A stretch of DNA of 64,000 nucleotides. Origin: an uncultured Acidobacteriota bacterium (lineage in GTDB: Bacteria; Acidobacteriota; Thermoanaerobaculia; Multivoradales; JAHEKO01). Below the pieces are notes generated by a model. That model worked only from the letters and a program-made list of their open reading frames with translations. It was not told where the DNA came from and did not search any database. Below are positions 53,871 through 63,553 of this stretch, piece by piece. Both the position numbers and the translations under genes were made by a program. The stretch's first letter is position 1. Each line of letters begins with the position of its first letter. The DNA is taken from positions 800,001 through 864,000 of the forward strand of contig CAVQNG010000025.1 of the NCBI GenBank assembly GCA_963713825.1, in the 5' to 3' direction.

Positions 53871-55369
53871 CTCTGGAGCACTCGAAGGTTTGTATGGTGG
53901 CAGCGGAAGCCGTACCGTTTGCCAAAGTCGGAGGCCTGGGTGACTTCACGCCGGCGCTGGCCCAGAATCTGAGCCTGGTCGGGCACGAGGTGCGTCTGTT
54001 CTTCCCCTTCTACGGGAGCATCGACCGCCACTCCCTGGATTTCGGACCGGTAGAGTTCCTGCAAGACGTCGAAGTCGAGATGGGTGCACGGGTCATTCAG
54101 TTCTCGGTCATGTACACGTGGCTTGCGGGCAGCTCTCTGCAGGTCTATCTCGTCGATTGCCCCGAGCTCTACCATCGACCGGGTGTCTATACCGAGGATC
54201 CGGACGAGGTGGTTCGATTCGGTTTGCTGTGCCGGGCGGCTCTCGAGAGCTGTCAGCGGATGGGCTGGTCCCCCGACATCATCCACTGCAACGACTGGCA
54301 CACGGCCTTGATCCCCACCTATCTTCGTGCACTCTACGCATGGGACGAGCTGCTGGCAGGCGCCAAGACCGTGCTCACCATGCACAATGTTGGTTATCAG
54401 GGGATCTTCAGCGCCTCGGTGCTAGAGGATCTCGGGCTGGCAGACTACTCCTCCTACTTCGATGCCGAGGACTTGCAGTCGGGCACGGTAAATCTCCTGA
54501 AGACGGGGCTACTGCATGCCGACCAGCTGACCACGGTGAGTCCGACGCACGCCGAGGAGATCCAGACACCCGAGTTTGGTATGGGGCTGGAGAGCTTGCT
54601 GCGATCCCGCTCCGACCGGCTGGAAGGAATCTTGAATGGTGTCGACTATGGCGAGTGGAATCCGGCTACCGACTCGCTGATTCCGTTCAACTACTCGGCA
54701 GAAGATCTGAGTGGCAAAGAGCGCAACAAGCGGGCGCTGATGCAGGATCTGTCACTGCCCTACGATCCGCAGGCGCCGGTCCTGGGCGTCGTCTCTCGGC
54801 TCGTGCACCAGAAGGGGATCGACCTTCTCGAGGGCGCATTACCAGAGCTTCTGGACTCGTTGGACCTCCGTCTGGTGGTTCTGGGAACCGGGGAACCGCA
54901 GTTCGAATCGATGTTTCGGTCGCTGCACAACCAATTCCCGCGCAAGGTGTCGTTCTACAGGGGCTATAGCAACGAGTTGGCCCATCGAATCGAAGCCGGG
55001 AGTGACCTGTTCCTGATGCCCTCACTCTACGAGCCCTGCGGGCTGAATCAGATGTACAGCCTGCACTACGGCACCGTACCCGTCGTGCGGGCCACCGGTG
55101 GCCTGGCCGATTCCATCCAGCCTTGGGATCCCAGGGCCGGTACCGGTACCGGCTTTCTGTTCGAGGAGTACTCGAGCGAGGCCCTGTCCGAAGCCGTCCA
55201 TCGCGCACTCAATGCCTTTCGGGACCAACCCGCTTGGCGCAAGCTGATGCTCAACGGTATGGGCCAGGATTTCTCCTGGAGAAAGCAGGTCGGGAAGTAC
55301 GAAGCGCTTTACGAGCGCGTGCTGCAGAGGGCGGATGAGCGACCTTCTAGCTCCCAGCTCGAGATCTGA
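53867..55369 (+). CDS. glgA: Glycogen synthase; likely non-canonical CTG start at 53867 (first ATG is at 53894)
   Basis: KVCMVAAEAVPFAKVGGLGD, HCNDWHT, TMHNVGYQG, TVSPTHA, GILNGVD, SRLVHQKG, PSLYEPCGLNQM, RATGGLAD. Confidence 0.93.
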   Translation: MTLEHSKVCMVAAEAVPFAKVGGLGDFTPALAQNLSLVGHEVRLFFPFYGSIDRHSLDFGPVEFLQDVEVEMGARVIQFSVMYTWLAGSSLQVYLVDCPELYHRPGVYTEDPDEVVRFGLLCRAALESCQRMGWSPDIIHCNDWHTALIPTYLRALYAWDELLAGAKTVLTMHNVGYQGIFSASVLEDLGLADYSSYFDAEDLQSGTVNLLKTGLLHADQLTTVSPTHAEEIQTPEFGMGLESLLRSRSDRLEGILNGVDYGEWNPATDSLIPFNYSAEDLSGKERNKRALMQDLSLPYDPQAPVLGVVSRLVHQKGIDLLEGALPELLDSLDLRLVVLGTGEPQFESMFRSLHNQFPRKVSFYRGYSNELAHRIEAGSDLFLMPSLYEPCGLNQMYSLHYGTVPVVRATGGLADSIQPWDPRAGTGTGFLFEEYSSEALSEAVHRALNAFRDQPAWRKLMLNGMGQDFSWRKQVGKYEALYERVLQRADERPSSSQLEI

Positions 55370-55387
55370 CGTCGCTCAGGACTACTA

Positions 55388-56494
55388 CTACTCCAACCCC
55401 TCTTTGGTCTCCGCGACCAGGTGGTCGACGACCGCCTCCAGATCTCCCGTCTCCTGATAGACGGCCAGCTGCCGATCGGCGCTCGTCCCCTCTTTGAGGA
55501 TCGTGTGCACGTACTCGACTTCCTTGCGAACGTTGAGCTCGTCGACGACGTCCTCGATGATCTCCAGAAGCTCGCAAATCAGGTCCCGGGCCGGTACTTC
55601 CCGGCCGCGTCCGAAGTCGATCAGGTTGCCCTGAATACCGTAGCGGACGGCCCGCCATTTGTTCTCTTCGATCAGATGATGACGGTAGCGGCGCCACGAG
55701 CGATTCGACTGTCGAAGGCGGATGAGTTTGCCGACGATGGCCAGCATGAGGGCCGCCAGACAGATGGCTTCGTCCACCTTGGTGCAGATGTCGCAGACTC
55801 GAAACTCGAGTGTCGGGAAGTTCGGGTGTGGGCGAATGTCCCACCAGATTGTGGTGGCATCTTGAATGCTGCCCGTCTTGACCAATAGGTCGACGAATCG
55901 TTGATGCTCGGCCCAGGACTGGAACGAAGGCGGTGGTCCGGATCGCGGTAGACCCTCGAAAACAATGGACCGATAGGACTTGAGGCCGGTGTTCCGACCA
56001 TGCCAGAAGGGTGAGCTGGTCGACAGCGCCAGCAGATGAGGCAGGAAGTATCGGGCCTGATCCATGACGTCGATCATCAGCTCGCGATCGTCGATCCCGA
56101 TGTGGACGTGCATCCCGAAGATGAGCATCCGTCGGGCTACTTCGGCCATCTGCTCGAGGTGGCGCGAGTAGCGCTCCATCTCGGTGACTTCTTGGTTCTT
56201 CCAACTCGAGAAGGGGTGCGTGCTGGCAGCCAACACCTGGAGCCCGTTGGACTCGGCGAGCTCGGCCACCGACTGGCGCAGTCGCACCAGCTCGGAGCGA
56301 GCCTCTTGCATGTCATGACAGATGCGACTGCCAACCTCGACCTGGGACTGCAGTAGCTCGGCCTTGATCTGATCTTTGAGTACCAACTGTCCCTGCTCGA
56401 GGATCTCCTGGATGTAGGAGGTCAGCTCGCAAGTGGCCGGGTCGATGACCTGGTACTCCTCTTCGATTCCGATGGTGAGCTTGGGTAGCGCCAT
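55388..56494 (-). CDS. Carboxylate-amine ligase (YbdK / glutamate-cysteine ligase family 2)
   Basis: TIGIEEEYQ, SQVEVGS, ASTHPF, FGMHVHIG, SSPFW, WWDIRPHP, TLEFRVCD, ENKWRAVRYG. Confidence 0.93.
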   Translation of the reverse strand: MALPKLTIGIEEEYQVIDPATCELTSYIQEILEQGQLVLKDQIKAELLQSQVEVGSRICHDMQEARSELVRLRQSVAELAESNGLQVLAASTHPFSSWKNQEVTEMERYSRHLEQMAEVARRMLIFGMHVHIGIDDRELMIDVMDQARYFLPHLLALSTSSPFWHGRNTGLKSYRSIVFEGLPRSGPPPSFQSWAEHQRFVDLLVKTGSIQDATTIWWDIRPHPNFPTLEFRVCDICTKVDEAICLAALMLAIVGKLIRLRQSNRSWRRYRHHLIEENKWRAVRYGIQGNLIDFGRGREVPARDLICELLEIIEDVVDELNVRKEVEYVHTILKEGTSADRQLAVYQETGDLEAVVDHLVAETKEGLE

Positions 56495-56636
56495 GGGGAT
56501 CTCCTCCGCAGTGCCGTCACGAATGCCGGCAGTGTAGCACCTGCGCGGCCTCGGCGATCGATGCCGGGCTCCCAGGCGCGTGCTACGATTATCGCTCGTC
56601 AGTCCTGCATGACTGCCTCAGCCTGCATCTCCGGCT

Positions 56637-59063
56637 ATGACGTCTGAGAACACCATGTCGCCTCAGGAGCGCGTCACGTTTCACTTCACTCGCGAGAGCA
56701 TCGTTCGCGACTACCGGATCGCCTACCAGAGTCGACAGGCCAGCCTCCTTGGCCGCAAGGAGGTGCTCACCGGCAAGGCCAAATTCGGCATTTTCGGTGA
56801 TGGCAAGGAAGTGGCTCAGGTCGCTCTGGCGCGGGCCTTCCGCAAAGGCGACTTTCGGTCGGGCTACTACAGGGATCAAACCCTGATGTTTGCGCTGGGG
56901 CTGCTGAGAATCGACGAGTTTTTCGCGCAGCTCTATGCCGATTCCGAGCCGGATCGAGATCCGTCGTCGGGCGGCCGACAAATGAACTCGCACTTCGCGA
57001 CTCGACTGCTGACCGAAGACGGCAACTGGAAGCCGCTGACGGACTCGTTCAATTCGACAGCCGATCTGTCACCGACGGGAGCGCAGATGCCGCGCCTCGT
57101 TGGTTTGGCGTTTGCTTCGAGACTCTACCGGCACCTGGAAGGGCTCGATCACTTGAGCGGATTCTCGAAGCATGGAGATGAGATCGCCTTCGGGACCATC
57201 GGTGACGCCAGCTGCGCAGAAGGGGTCTTCTGGGAATCCGTCAACGCTGCTGGCGCTCTGAAGGCTCCCATGTTGCTGTCGATTTGGGACGATGGCTACG
57301 GTATCTCGGTGCCGACCGAGTTTCACATCACGAAGGGCCATTTGTCGTCGATTCTGCGGGGCTTCCAGCGTGCCCCGGGCGACGACGAGGGGTTCGATCT
57401 CTACACCGTCAAGGGCTGGGACTATCCAGCCTTGTGCGAGACGTACCTCAATGCCGCCGAAGTCGTGCGGCGAGAGCATGTCCCTGCCATCGTCCATGTG
57501 GCAGAGCTGACGCAGCCGCAAGGTCATTCCACCTCTGGAAGCCATGAGCGGTACAAGTCGGAGGAGAGGTTGGGCTGGGAGCGAGACCATGATTGCCTGG
57601 TTCGCATGCGGGAGTGGATGATCGAAGAGAAAATCGCGCCGCACGAAGAGCTGAGCCGTTTTGAAGACGAGGACCGGCAACTCGTCGAAGAGCTCCAACG
57701 TCGCGCTTGGGAGAGTTGTCGCAGGCCGGTCGAAGATGAGAAGAGGGTCCTGATCCAGCTGACTTCGGAGCTAGCCGAGGCCTCGGCCCATGAGGCCCAG
57801 ATCGAAGGCGTTCTGAAGCGCCTGGGGCGATTGGCCAATCCGCACCGGCGGGATCTCCTCGGGGCAGCGCAGGAGTCACTGATCCACACCCGTACGGAGA
57901 AGAGCCAGATTCGGGACCAACTGGTCGAGTGGCGCGACGAGATGGAGGAGGCCGGTTACCAACGCTACGGTAGCTATCTACACAGCGAGTCGGAGGCTTC
58001 GGCTCTCACGGTGGAGGTCGTCGAGGCACAGTTCAGCGACAGCTCTCCGCTTGTCAACGGCTTCGAAGTTCTCAATCGGTGCTTCGACGAGGCACTCGGC
58101 CGCTATCCCAACCTGGTGGCGTTCGGTGAGGATGTCGGGCAACTCGGTGACGTCAATCAGGGATTCATGGGACTGCAGGAGAAGTACGGTGACCTGAGGG
58201 TTTCGGACACCGGAATCCGCGAGGCTACGATCCTCGGTCAGGCCATCGGCATGGCATTGCGAGGTCTGCGCCCTCTGGCGGAGATTCAGTATCTCGACTA
58301 TGTACTCTACGCTTTACAGATCATGTCGGATGACCTGGCAACTCTGCACTGGCGTACGCGAGGCGGTCAGAAAGCTCCTGTGATCGTCCGTACACGCGGC
58401 CACCGGCTCGAGGGAATCTGGCACTCGGGCTCGATGATCTCCGGCATTCTGAATCTGGTCCGTGGAATGCACGTTTGCGTGCCCCGCAACATGGTGCAGG
58501 CAGCCGGCATGTTCAACACCCTGCTGCGGTCGGACGATCCGGCTCTGCTCATCGAGGTGTTGAACGGCTACAGGTTGAAAGAGCGTCTGCCGGACAATAT
58601 CGGCGAGTTCACGGTCCCCCTCGGTCGACCCGAAGTCCTCCGAGAAGGCCGGGATGTGACGCTGGTGACGTATGGAGCTTGCTGCCGCCTGGCGATCGAA
58701 GCAGCTGAAATGCTGACCCAGGTGGGAATCGACCTGGAGGTCATCGACGTCCAGACGCTCGATCCCTTCGATCTGGAGGGGAGGGTGAGGGCCTCTCTCG
58801 AGAAGACGAACCGCATCGTGTTTCTCGACGAGGACGTCCCCGGCGGCACGACCGCCTACATGATGCAAAAGGTCCTGGAGGTTCAGGGAGGGTTCGATTG
58901 GCTGGACGCTCCGCCCCGCACGTTGTCAGCGCAGGCACATCGACCGGCCTACGGGTCCGATGGTGACTACTTCTCCAAGCCCAACCGCGAGCAGATCTTC
59001 TCGACGGTCTACGACCTGATGCATCACTCAGACCCAGCCCGCTTTCCTTCACTCGGTACCTGA
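56637..59063 (+). CDS. 2-oxoacid (probably branched-chain) dehydrogenase E1, fused alpha/beta
   Basis: GYYRDQ, GGRQMNSH, GDASCAEG (ThDP), GHSTSGS, then beta part FGEDVG, DTGIRE, AEIQYLDY, GIWHSG. Confidence 0.9.
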   Translation: MTSENTMSPQERVTFHFTRESIVRDYRIAYQSRQASLLGRKEVLTGKAKFGIFGDGKEVAQVALARAFRKGDFRSGYYRDQTLMFALGLLRIDEFFAQLYADSEPDRDPSSGGRQMNSHFATRLLTEDGNWKPLTDSFNSTADLSPTGAQMPRLVGLAFASRLYRHLEGLDHLSGFSKHGDEIAFGTIGDASCAEGVFWESVNAAGALKAPMLLSIWDDGYGISVPTEFHITKGHLSSILRGFQRAPGDDEGFDLYTVKGWDYPALCETYLNAAEVVRREHVPAIVHVAELTQPQGHSTSGSHERYKSEERLGWERDHDCLVRMREWMIEEKIAPHEELSRFEDEDRQLVEELQRRAWESCRRPVEDEKRVLIQLTSELAEASAHEAQIEGVLKRLGRLANPHRRDLLGAAQESLIHTRTEKSQIRDQLVEWRDEMEEAGYQRYGSYLHSESEASALTVEVVEAQFSDSSPLVNGFEVLNRCFDEALGRYPNLVAFGEDVGQLGDVNQGFMGLQEKYGDLRVSDTGIREATILGQAIGMALRGLRPLAEIQYLDYVLYALQIMSDDLATLHWRTRGGQKAPVIVRTRGHRLEGIWHSGSMISGILNLVRGMHVCVPRNMVQAAGMFNTLLRSDDPALLIEVLNGYRLKERLPDNIGEFTVPLGRPEVLREGRDVTLVTYGACCRLAIEAAEMLTQVGIDLEVIDVQTLDPFDLEGRVRASLEKTNRIVFLDEDVPGGTTAYMMQKVLEVQGGFDWLDAPPRTLSAQAHRPAYGSDGDYFSKPNREQIFSTVYDLMHHSDPARFPSLGT

Positions 59064-59071
59064 CAGCTGTC

Positions 59072-59850
59072 GACTTGAGGTCCGTCCGGGTGGTTTGCAG
59101 GAGTGCTGGGCCCCAGGATATCTGGCGGTCTTCGAGGGGTTCGACGCGTGGCCCCCAGGGGGCTATCCTCCCTTCCACAGCAACCAACCCCCTGGAGGTC
59201 CCCACGCCGAACCCTCACCCGTTGGAGAGACCTCGCACCGAGCTGTGGACCCCCAGGCCCTTACGCCCCTAAGCCCTTAGTGCCGTTACCGGTGCCAGAG
59301 GTTCGTCCGGATGGCCCGCCGGGGGACGGCGTCGGCTACTCAGACTGCAACGGGGGGCCGCCGCCTCGTCTCGTCATCGCGCCTCATCTCCTGTGAACTC
59401 TGACGGCTCTTGCGCTGCGCTCGACTCGGCGCCCCCTGTCGAACCACCCGAACGAACCTCTGGCACCGATGAGGGCTTAGGGATGTAGGGGCCTAAGGGC
59501 GTAAGGGGCGAGTCAGTAGACGGATTCTTGACATGCTTCGAGGGTGGTAGATCGGGCCATGGGTCTCCCTCGTCGGAGGGGCATGGTCGGGTGAGGCCGC
59601 AGACGGGGGAGATCCATGGTTCGATCGGCCGTCTCGACCCTCAAACCCCCAAAGGCCGGCTGGAGCAAGCGACAGCCGCCTCAACCCCAAGCCCTCAAAG
59701 AACACCCGGCGGTGAGCCGGGTGCCTCAACCTGGAACGAGGCACCGTTCATCCGAGCGAGCTCCCGTGAGAGCTCGCTCAAAAGGACGGTGCTGTAGAGA
59801 AAGGGCTCCAGCGCCCCTCGGCGGGTCAAGCCCACACCGAGGGACGGCTG
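59072..59850. repeat. Palindromic intergenic mosaic element, copy 2 (REP/BIME/MITE-like, multi-hairpin)
   Basis: About 210 bp (59447-59660) are homologous to 13648-13870, including 71 identical bp. Internal inverted repeat 59288-59314 / 59444-59470, 8-bp G-rich tandem repeats and several perfect hairpins. Confidence 0.8.
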
Positions 59851-59882
59851 AAGCTGAGGTGGACGGCGGAGTATCGGCCCGA

Positions 59883-61313
59883 CTAGTTGGCTCCGACCGT
59901 CTCCTCGAAGGCTCTGGCACCCCAGCCGAAGGCCTCCTCATTGAGCTCGATCATGGCGCAGTTGTGTCGCAGCGCCTGTCGAACGGACGTCAGGAAGGTC
60001 TCCTTGGGGAACAATTGGGTCGCAGCCTGCAGGGCTCCCAGTGCTACGACGTTTTTCACTTTGGCGGCGCCCAGATCCATGGCGATCTCGGTGCATGGGA
60101 CTCCAACCATCGTTACCGATGGATCGAGCTCTGGCGGCTCCGCAATGACGGAGCTGTCGTAGACGACCGTGCCGCCAGGCAGGACGGTGGGTCCGAACTT
60201 CTCCAAGCTGGGGGCGTTGAAGGCGACCAGCAGGTGGGGTCTCGGAGCTGCGGGAGACAGCACTTCTTCGTTGGCGACGTGCACGTCGGCATAGGAGGTG
60301 CCGCCCCGGGACTCCGGCCCATAGCTGGGGATGTGCGTGGAGTCGAATCCTTCGGTCACCGCTGCCTTGGCGATGAGCATCGCCGCGGTCTGAGCCCCGT
60401 CGCCGCCGGCGCCTGCCAGTTTGAGGCCAATGTCGTGCTCGTCGATGTGGACCGGAAACCCCTCGCAGTGGCGCTCGACCGCTGCCGATGTGGCACCGAC
60501 CACCTCGACGATCCGGTCCGGTTCGAAGCTCGGTTTGTCGAGGTGGAACCAGGGGTCGTTGTCCAGATCCTTCTTGACGCCGAGTGGGAAGATGGGTTCC
60601 ATGTTCTCCCTAACCCATTTCTCCGTTTCGACAGGAGTCAACTTGAGATGGGTCGGGCACTCCGCGAGGACCTCGACGAATCCCACACCCCGATTGTCGA
60701 TCTGACACTGCAGGGCCTTCTTGATGGCTTTCTTGGTCCGCATCCGGAGCTTGTTGTCGTACAGTGCGACGCGCTCGACGTAGACCGTGCCGTCGAGCAA
60801 GGCCATGGTCTCGGCAACCTTCATCGGTAGACCGGTGATGCGCTCGCGGCCCGCTGGCGTCGTGGCGCTCTTCTGACCCATCAGCGTGGTGGGGGCCATT
60901 TGACCGCCCGTCATCCCGTAGATGGCGTTGTTGACGAAGATGACGGTGAGGGGAATGCCCATTTGCGCCGCCTGGACGATTTCCGCGATGCCGATAGAAG
61001 CAAGGTCGCCATCTCCCTGGTAGCTGATCAGGACCGCGTCCGGATTGGCAACCTTGTGGCCAATGGCGACGGCCGGAGCCCGACCATGAGCGGCCTGGGT
61101 ATTGCCGACGTCCAGGTAGTAGTACATGAATACGCTACAGCCGACAGGAGAGACCGCGATCGTGCGATCCTGGATCTCCAGCTCGGCGATGCACTCGGCG
61201 AGGTACTTCTGGATCAACCCGTGACCACAGCCGGGGCAATAGTGGGTGCTCTGCCCTTTGAGTCCCTCGCCATGGGAGTGACGTTCGAACTTCTCATAGA
61301 AGACGTTGCTCAT
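59883..61313 (-). CDS. 2-oxoacid:ferredoxin oxidoreductase, fused beta-gamma subunit (Vor-like)
   Basis: THYCPGCGHG, SPVGCS, HGRAPA, YQGDGD, NNAIYGMTGGQ, then gamma part AGAGGDG, PSYGPESRGGTS, NVVALGA. Confidence 0.92.
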   Translation of the reverse strand: MSNVFYEKFERHSHGEGLKGQSTHYCPGCGHGLIQKYLAECIAELEIQDRTIAVSPVGCSVFMYYYLDVGNTQAAHGRAPAVAIGHKVANPDAVLISYQGDGDLASIGIAEIVQAAQMGIPLTVIFVNNAIYGMTGGQMAPTTLMGQKSATTPAGRERITGLPMKVAETMALLDGTVYVERVALYDNKLRMRTKKAIKKALQCQIDNRGVGFVEVLAECPTHLKLTPVETEKWVRENMEPIFPLGVKKDLDNDPWFHLDKPSFEPDRIVEVVGATSAAVERHCEGFPVHIDEHDIGLKLAGAGGDGAQTAAMLIAKAAVTEGFDSTHIPSYGPESRGGTSYADVHVANEEVLSPAAPRPHLLVAFNAPSLEKFGPTVLPGGTVVYDSSVIAEPPELDPSVTMVGVPCTEIAMDLGAAKVKNVVALGALQAATQLFPKETFLTSVRQALRHNCAMIELNEEAFGWGARAFEETVGAN

Positions 61314-62716
61314 GCTGCCACCTCCAGGAGTGAGGTGAGTTTGTCGACAATCTCCTCGAGTGACGGCAGGATGCCGCCGAAGTGTCGGACATTCTCGATC
61401 CGAGGGTCACCAATGCCGGCGTGGCTCAAGGCGAGCCGCAGTTCGTCTTCGAGCTGCCCATTGCTACCTTCCACGACAAGCAGGCCTTCGACGTTGTCGA
61501 TGATGCCGGTCAGGGCGTCGATGGGGAAGGGCCATAGAGTGATCGGACGGAAGAGGCCGGCCTTGATCCCTTCCTGCCGCAGCTTCTGGACCGCACCCTT
61601 GGCCATCCGGGCCGGTGTGTTGCAGGCCACGATCAGCCAGTCGGCGTCGTCGCATTGGTAGAGATCGGCCCGCTGTTCCGCCGCTGCCATCCGCTCGTAC
61701 TTCTCGTTGAGGTGGATGTTGTGAGCTTCGAGATCGGGCTCGGAGAGGAAGATCGAGCTGATGAGATTACCGCGATGCATCTCGTCTCCCCAGACCGCCC
61801 ACTCCGGAAGACCCGGCTTGACCATCGAGTCGGGGAGCGTCACCCGCCCGGTCATCTGCCCCAGGTAACCGTCACCGGCGATGACCACGGGATGGCGGTA
61901 CTTGAACGCCAGTTCGAAGGCCAGCATGGCCATCTCGAGCATTTCTTGTGGCGTCGATGGTGCAAGCACCGGTGCGTGCGTATTGCCATGCCCGAGGCCG
62001 CGACAGAGCAGCTTGATGTCGGCCTGTTCGGGTGCGATGTTCCCCAGGCCCGGGCCGCCTCGCATGACGTCCACGATGACGCCCGGGACTTCGGCTCCGA
62101 TCATGTAGGAGATGCCCTCCACCATGAGGCTGAAGCCAGGCGAGGAGGTGAAGGTCATGCAGCGCATCCCGGCGCCACCGCAGCCGTACATCATGTTGAT
62201 GGTCGCGACTTCGCTAACCGCCTGAATGAACACGCCATCGATTTCGGGCAGCAGCTTGGCCATCAGCTCCGCTCCCTCGGTCGAAGGCGTGATGGGGTAG
62301 CCGAAGAAGTGGCGACAGCCGGCGAGGATGGCGCCGATCGACGCAGCGTGATTGCCCTTCAGAACGAGAGGCTCCAGGGCGGGCAACGGAACTCGCTCGT
62401 CGGGAATGGCGACCGGCTCCTGGTGGGCCGTCGTCTCTTTCGGGCCGAAGAGCTTCGCCGGGTCGAACATCTCGGTCTCGAACTCGTTGGGCACGGGGGC
62501 CAGGCCGAAAGGCTCGGGACAGGCACTGAAGCAGAGACCGCAGCCAGAACAGGCTTCGAGATCGAGGACGATCGGTGTGAAGCCGGTTGAGGGTTCGATT
62601 TCGGTGCCCAGTGTGATGCAGCCCTTGGGACAGGCGTCGATGCACCGTCCACAGGCCTTGCAGAACTGCGGCATGACGTAGGGTTTGGGTCGGGTTTTGG
62701 GGTTTTCGGTAGGCAT
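61310..62716 (-). CDS. 2-oxoacid:ferredoxin oxidoreductase, fused ferredoxin(delta)-alpha subunit (VorB-like)
   Basis: CKACGRCIDACP and CSGCGLCFSACP (two 4Fe-4S motifs), then KGNHA, FGYPITPS, TSSPGFSL, RGGPGLG, RPITLWPFP. GAGGAG RBS. Confidence 0.92.
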   Translation of the reverse strand: MPTENPKTRPKPYVMPQFCKACGRCIDACPKGCITLGTEIEPSTGFTPIVLDLEACSGCGLCFSACPEPFGLAPVPNEFETEMFDPAKLFGPKETTAHQEPVAIPDERVPLPALEPLVLKGNHAASIGAILAGCRHFFGYPITPSTEGAELMAKLLPEIDGVFIQAVSEVATINMMYGCGGAGMRCMTFTSSPGFSLMVEGISYMIGAEVPGVIVDVMRGGPGLGNIAPEQADIKLLCRGLGHGNTHAPVLAPSTPQEMLEMAMLAFELAFKYRHPVVIAGDGYLGQMTGRVTLPDSMVKPGLPEWAVWGDEMHRGNLISSIFLSEPDLEAHNIHLNEKYERMAAAEQRADLYQCDDADWLIVACNTPARMAKGAVQKLRQEGIKAGLFRPITLWPFPIDALTGIIDNVEGLLVVEGSNGQLEDELRLALSHAGIGDPRIENVRHFGGILPSLEEIVDKLTSLLEVAA

Positions 62717-62907
62717 AACACTCCTCTTCAGATCTTGCAGGAGTCCGCTAGAAACGGCGCGCTTGAATCGTCGGGCCGACGAGGTGGAGCGCCTTCGGAG
62801 CACTCGCGAAAAGCATGCACGACACGGCGGTTTTCGCCAATACCCGATGAGGTGGGACGTCCCACCCACCTGTAGGGGTGGCCGCGGTTTTCAGTACGAG
62901 AAATGGT

Positions 62908-63453
62908 CTACATGAAGCCGAGCTGCAGCCGCGCAGCGTCGGTCATCATGTTGGGGTTCCAGGGCGGGTCGAAGACGATTTCGACCTCGGTCTCTTCGAT
63001 GCCGGAGATCGCTTCGAGGCGAGCGCGGACATCTTCGGCCAACACAGGTCCCATACCGCAACCAGGGGCTGTGAGAGTCATCTTGATCTCGACTCGGAAG
63101 CCGCCTTCCGACCGGTCTTCGACCTGGCAGTTGTAGATCAGCCCCAAGTCGACGATATTGACCGGTATCTCGGGATCGAAGCACTTCTTCATTTCCGACC
63201 AGATGAGCTGTTCGAGAGACTCCGCGTCAGCTGGAGCGGCCGCTGCGCTGGCGCTCTCCACCGGCTCTTTGCCGAGTGCATCGGCGTTGCGCTCGTCGAT
63301 GCGATACATGGCACCTCGATCGGTCATGACGGTAAAGCTACCGCCCAGGCTCTGGGTGATGAGAACCTTGGTCCCCTCCGGTATCGTTACCGGTGAACCG
63401 TCGGGAATCTGGATCGCCCCGACCTCCCGTTGGATGCTCACTTCTTCGTACAT
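62908..63453 (-). CDS. sufT: Fe-S cluster assembly protein SufT (DUF59)
   Basis: ITQSLGGSFTV, RID...DALG, CFDPEIPVNIVDLGLIY, MTLTAPGCGMG, FDPPW. Confidence 0.93.
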   Translation of the reverse strand: MYEEVSIQREVGAIQIPDGSPVTIPEGTKVLITQSLGGSFTVMTDRGAMYRIDERNADALGKEPVESASAAAAPADAESLEQLIWSEMKKCFDPEIPVNIVDLGLIYNCQVEDRSEGGFRVEIKMTLTAPGCGMGPVLAEDVRARLEAISGIEETEVEIVFDPPWNPNMMTDAARLQLGFM

Positions 63454-63553
63454 ACGGTCTGTCCTCGCCGCTGACCCCGGGTCCATCTAGACGCCTTATC
63501 GAGGCAGGATGCCGGAGTATAGCAACCGCAGCGTGCCGGAGCAGACGGCGCTC

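Noticed and set aside
59628-59735. CRISPR array interpretation of the roughly 46-bp periodic motif
   Set aside because: There are only two or three degenerate units, the spacers are short (about 20 nt) and one is self-complementary, and there is no leader or cas gene.
59616-60830. 404-aa + strand ORF
   Set aside because: It is antisense to the oxidoreductase beta-gamma gene, starts inside the repeat element and has no motifs.
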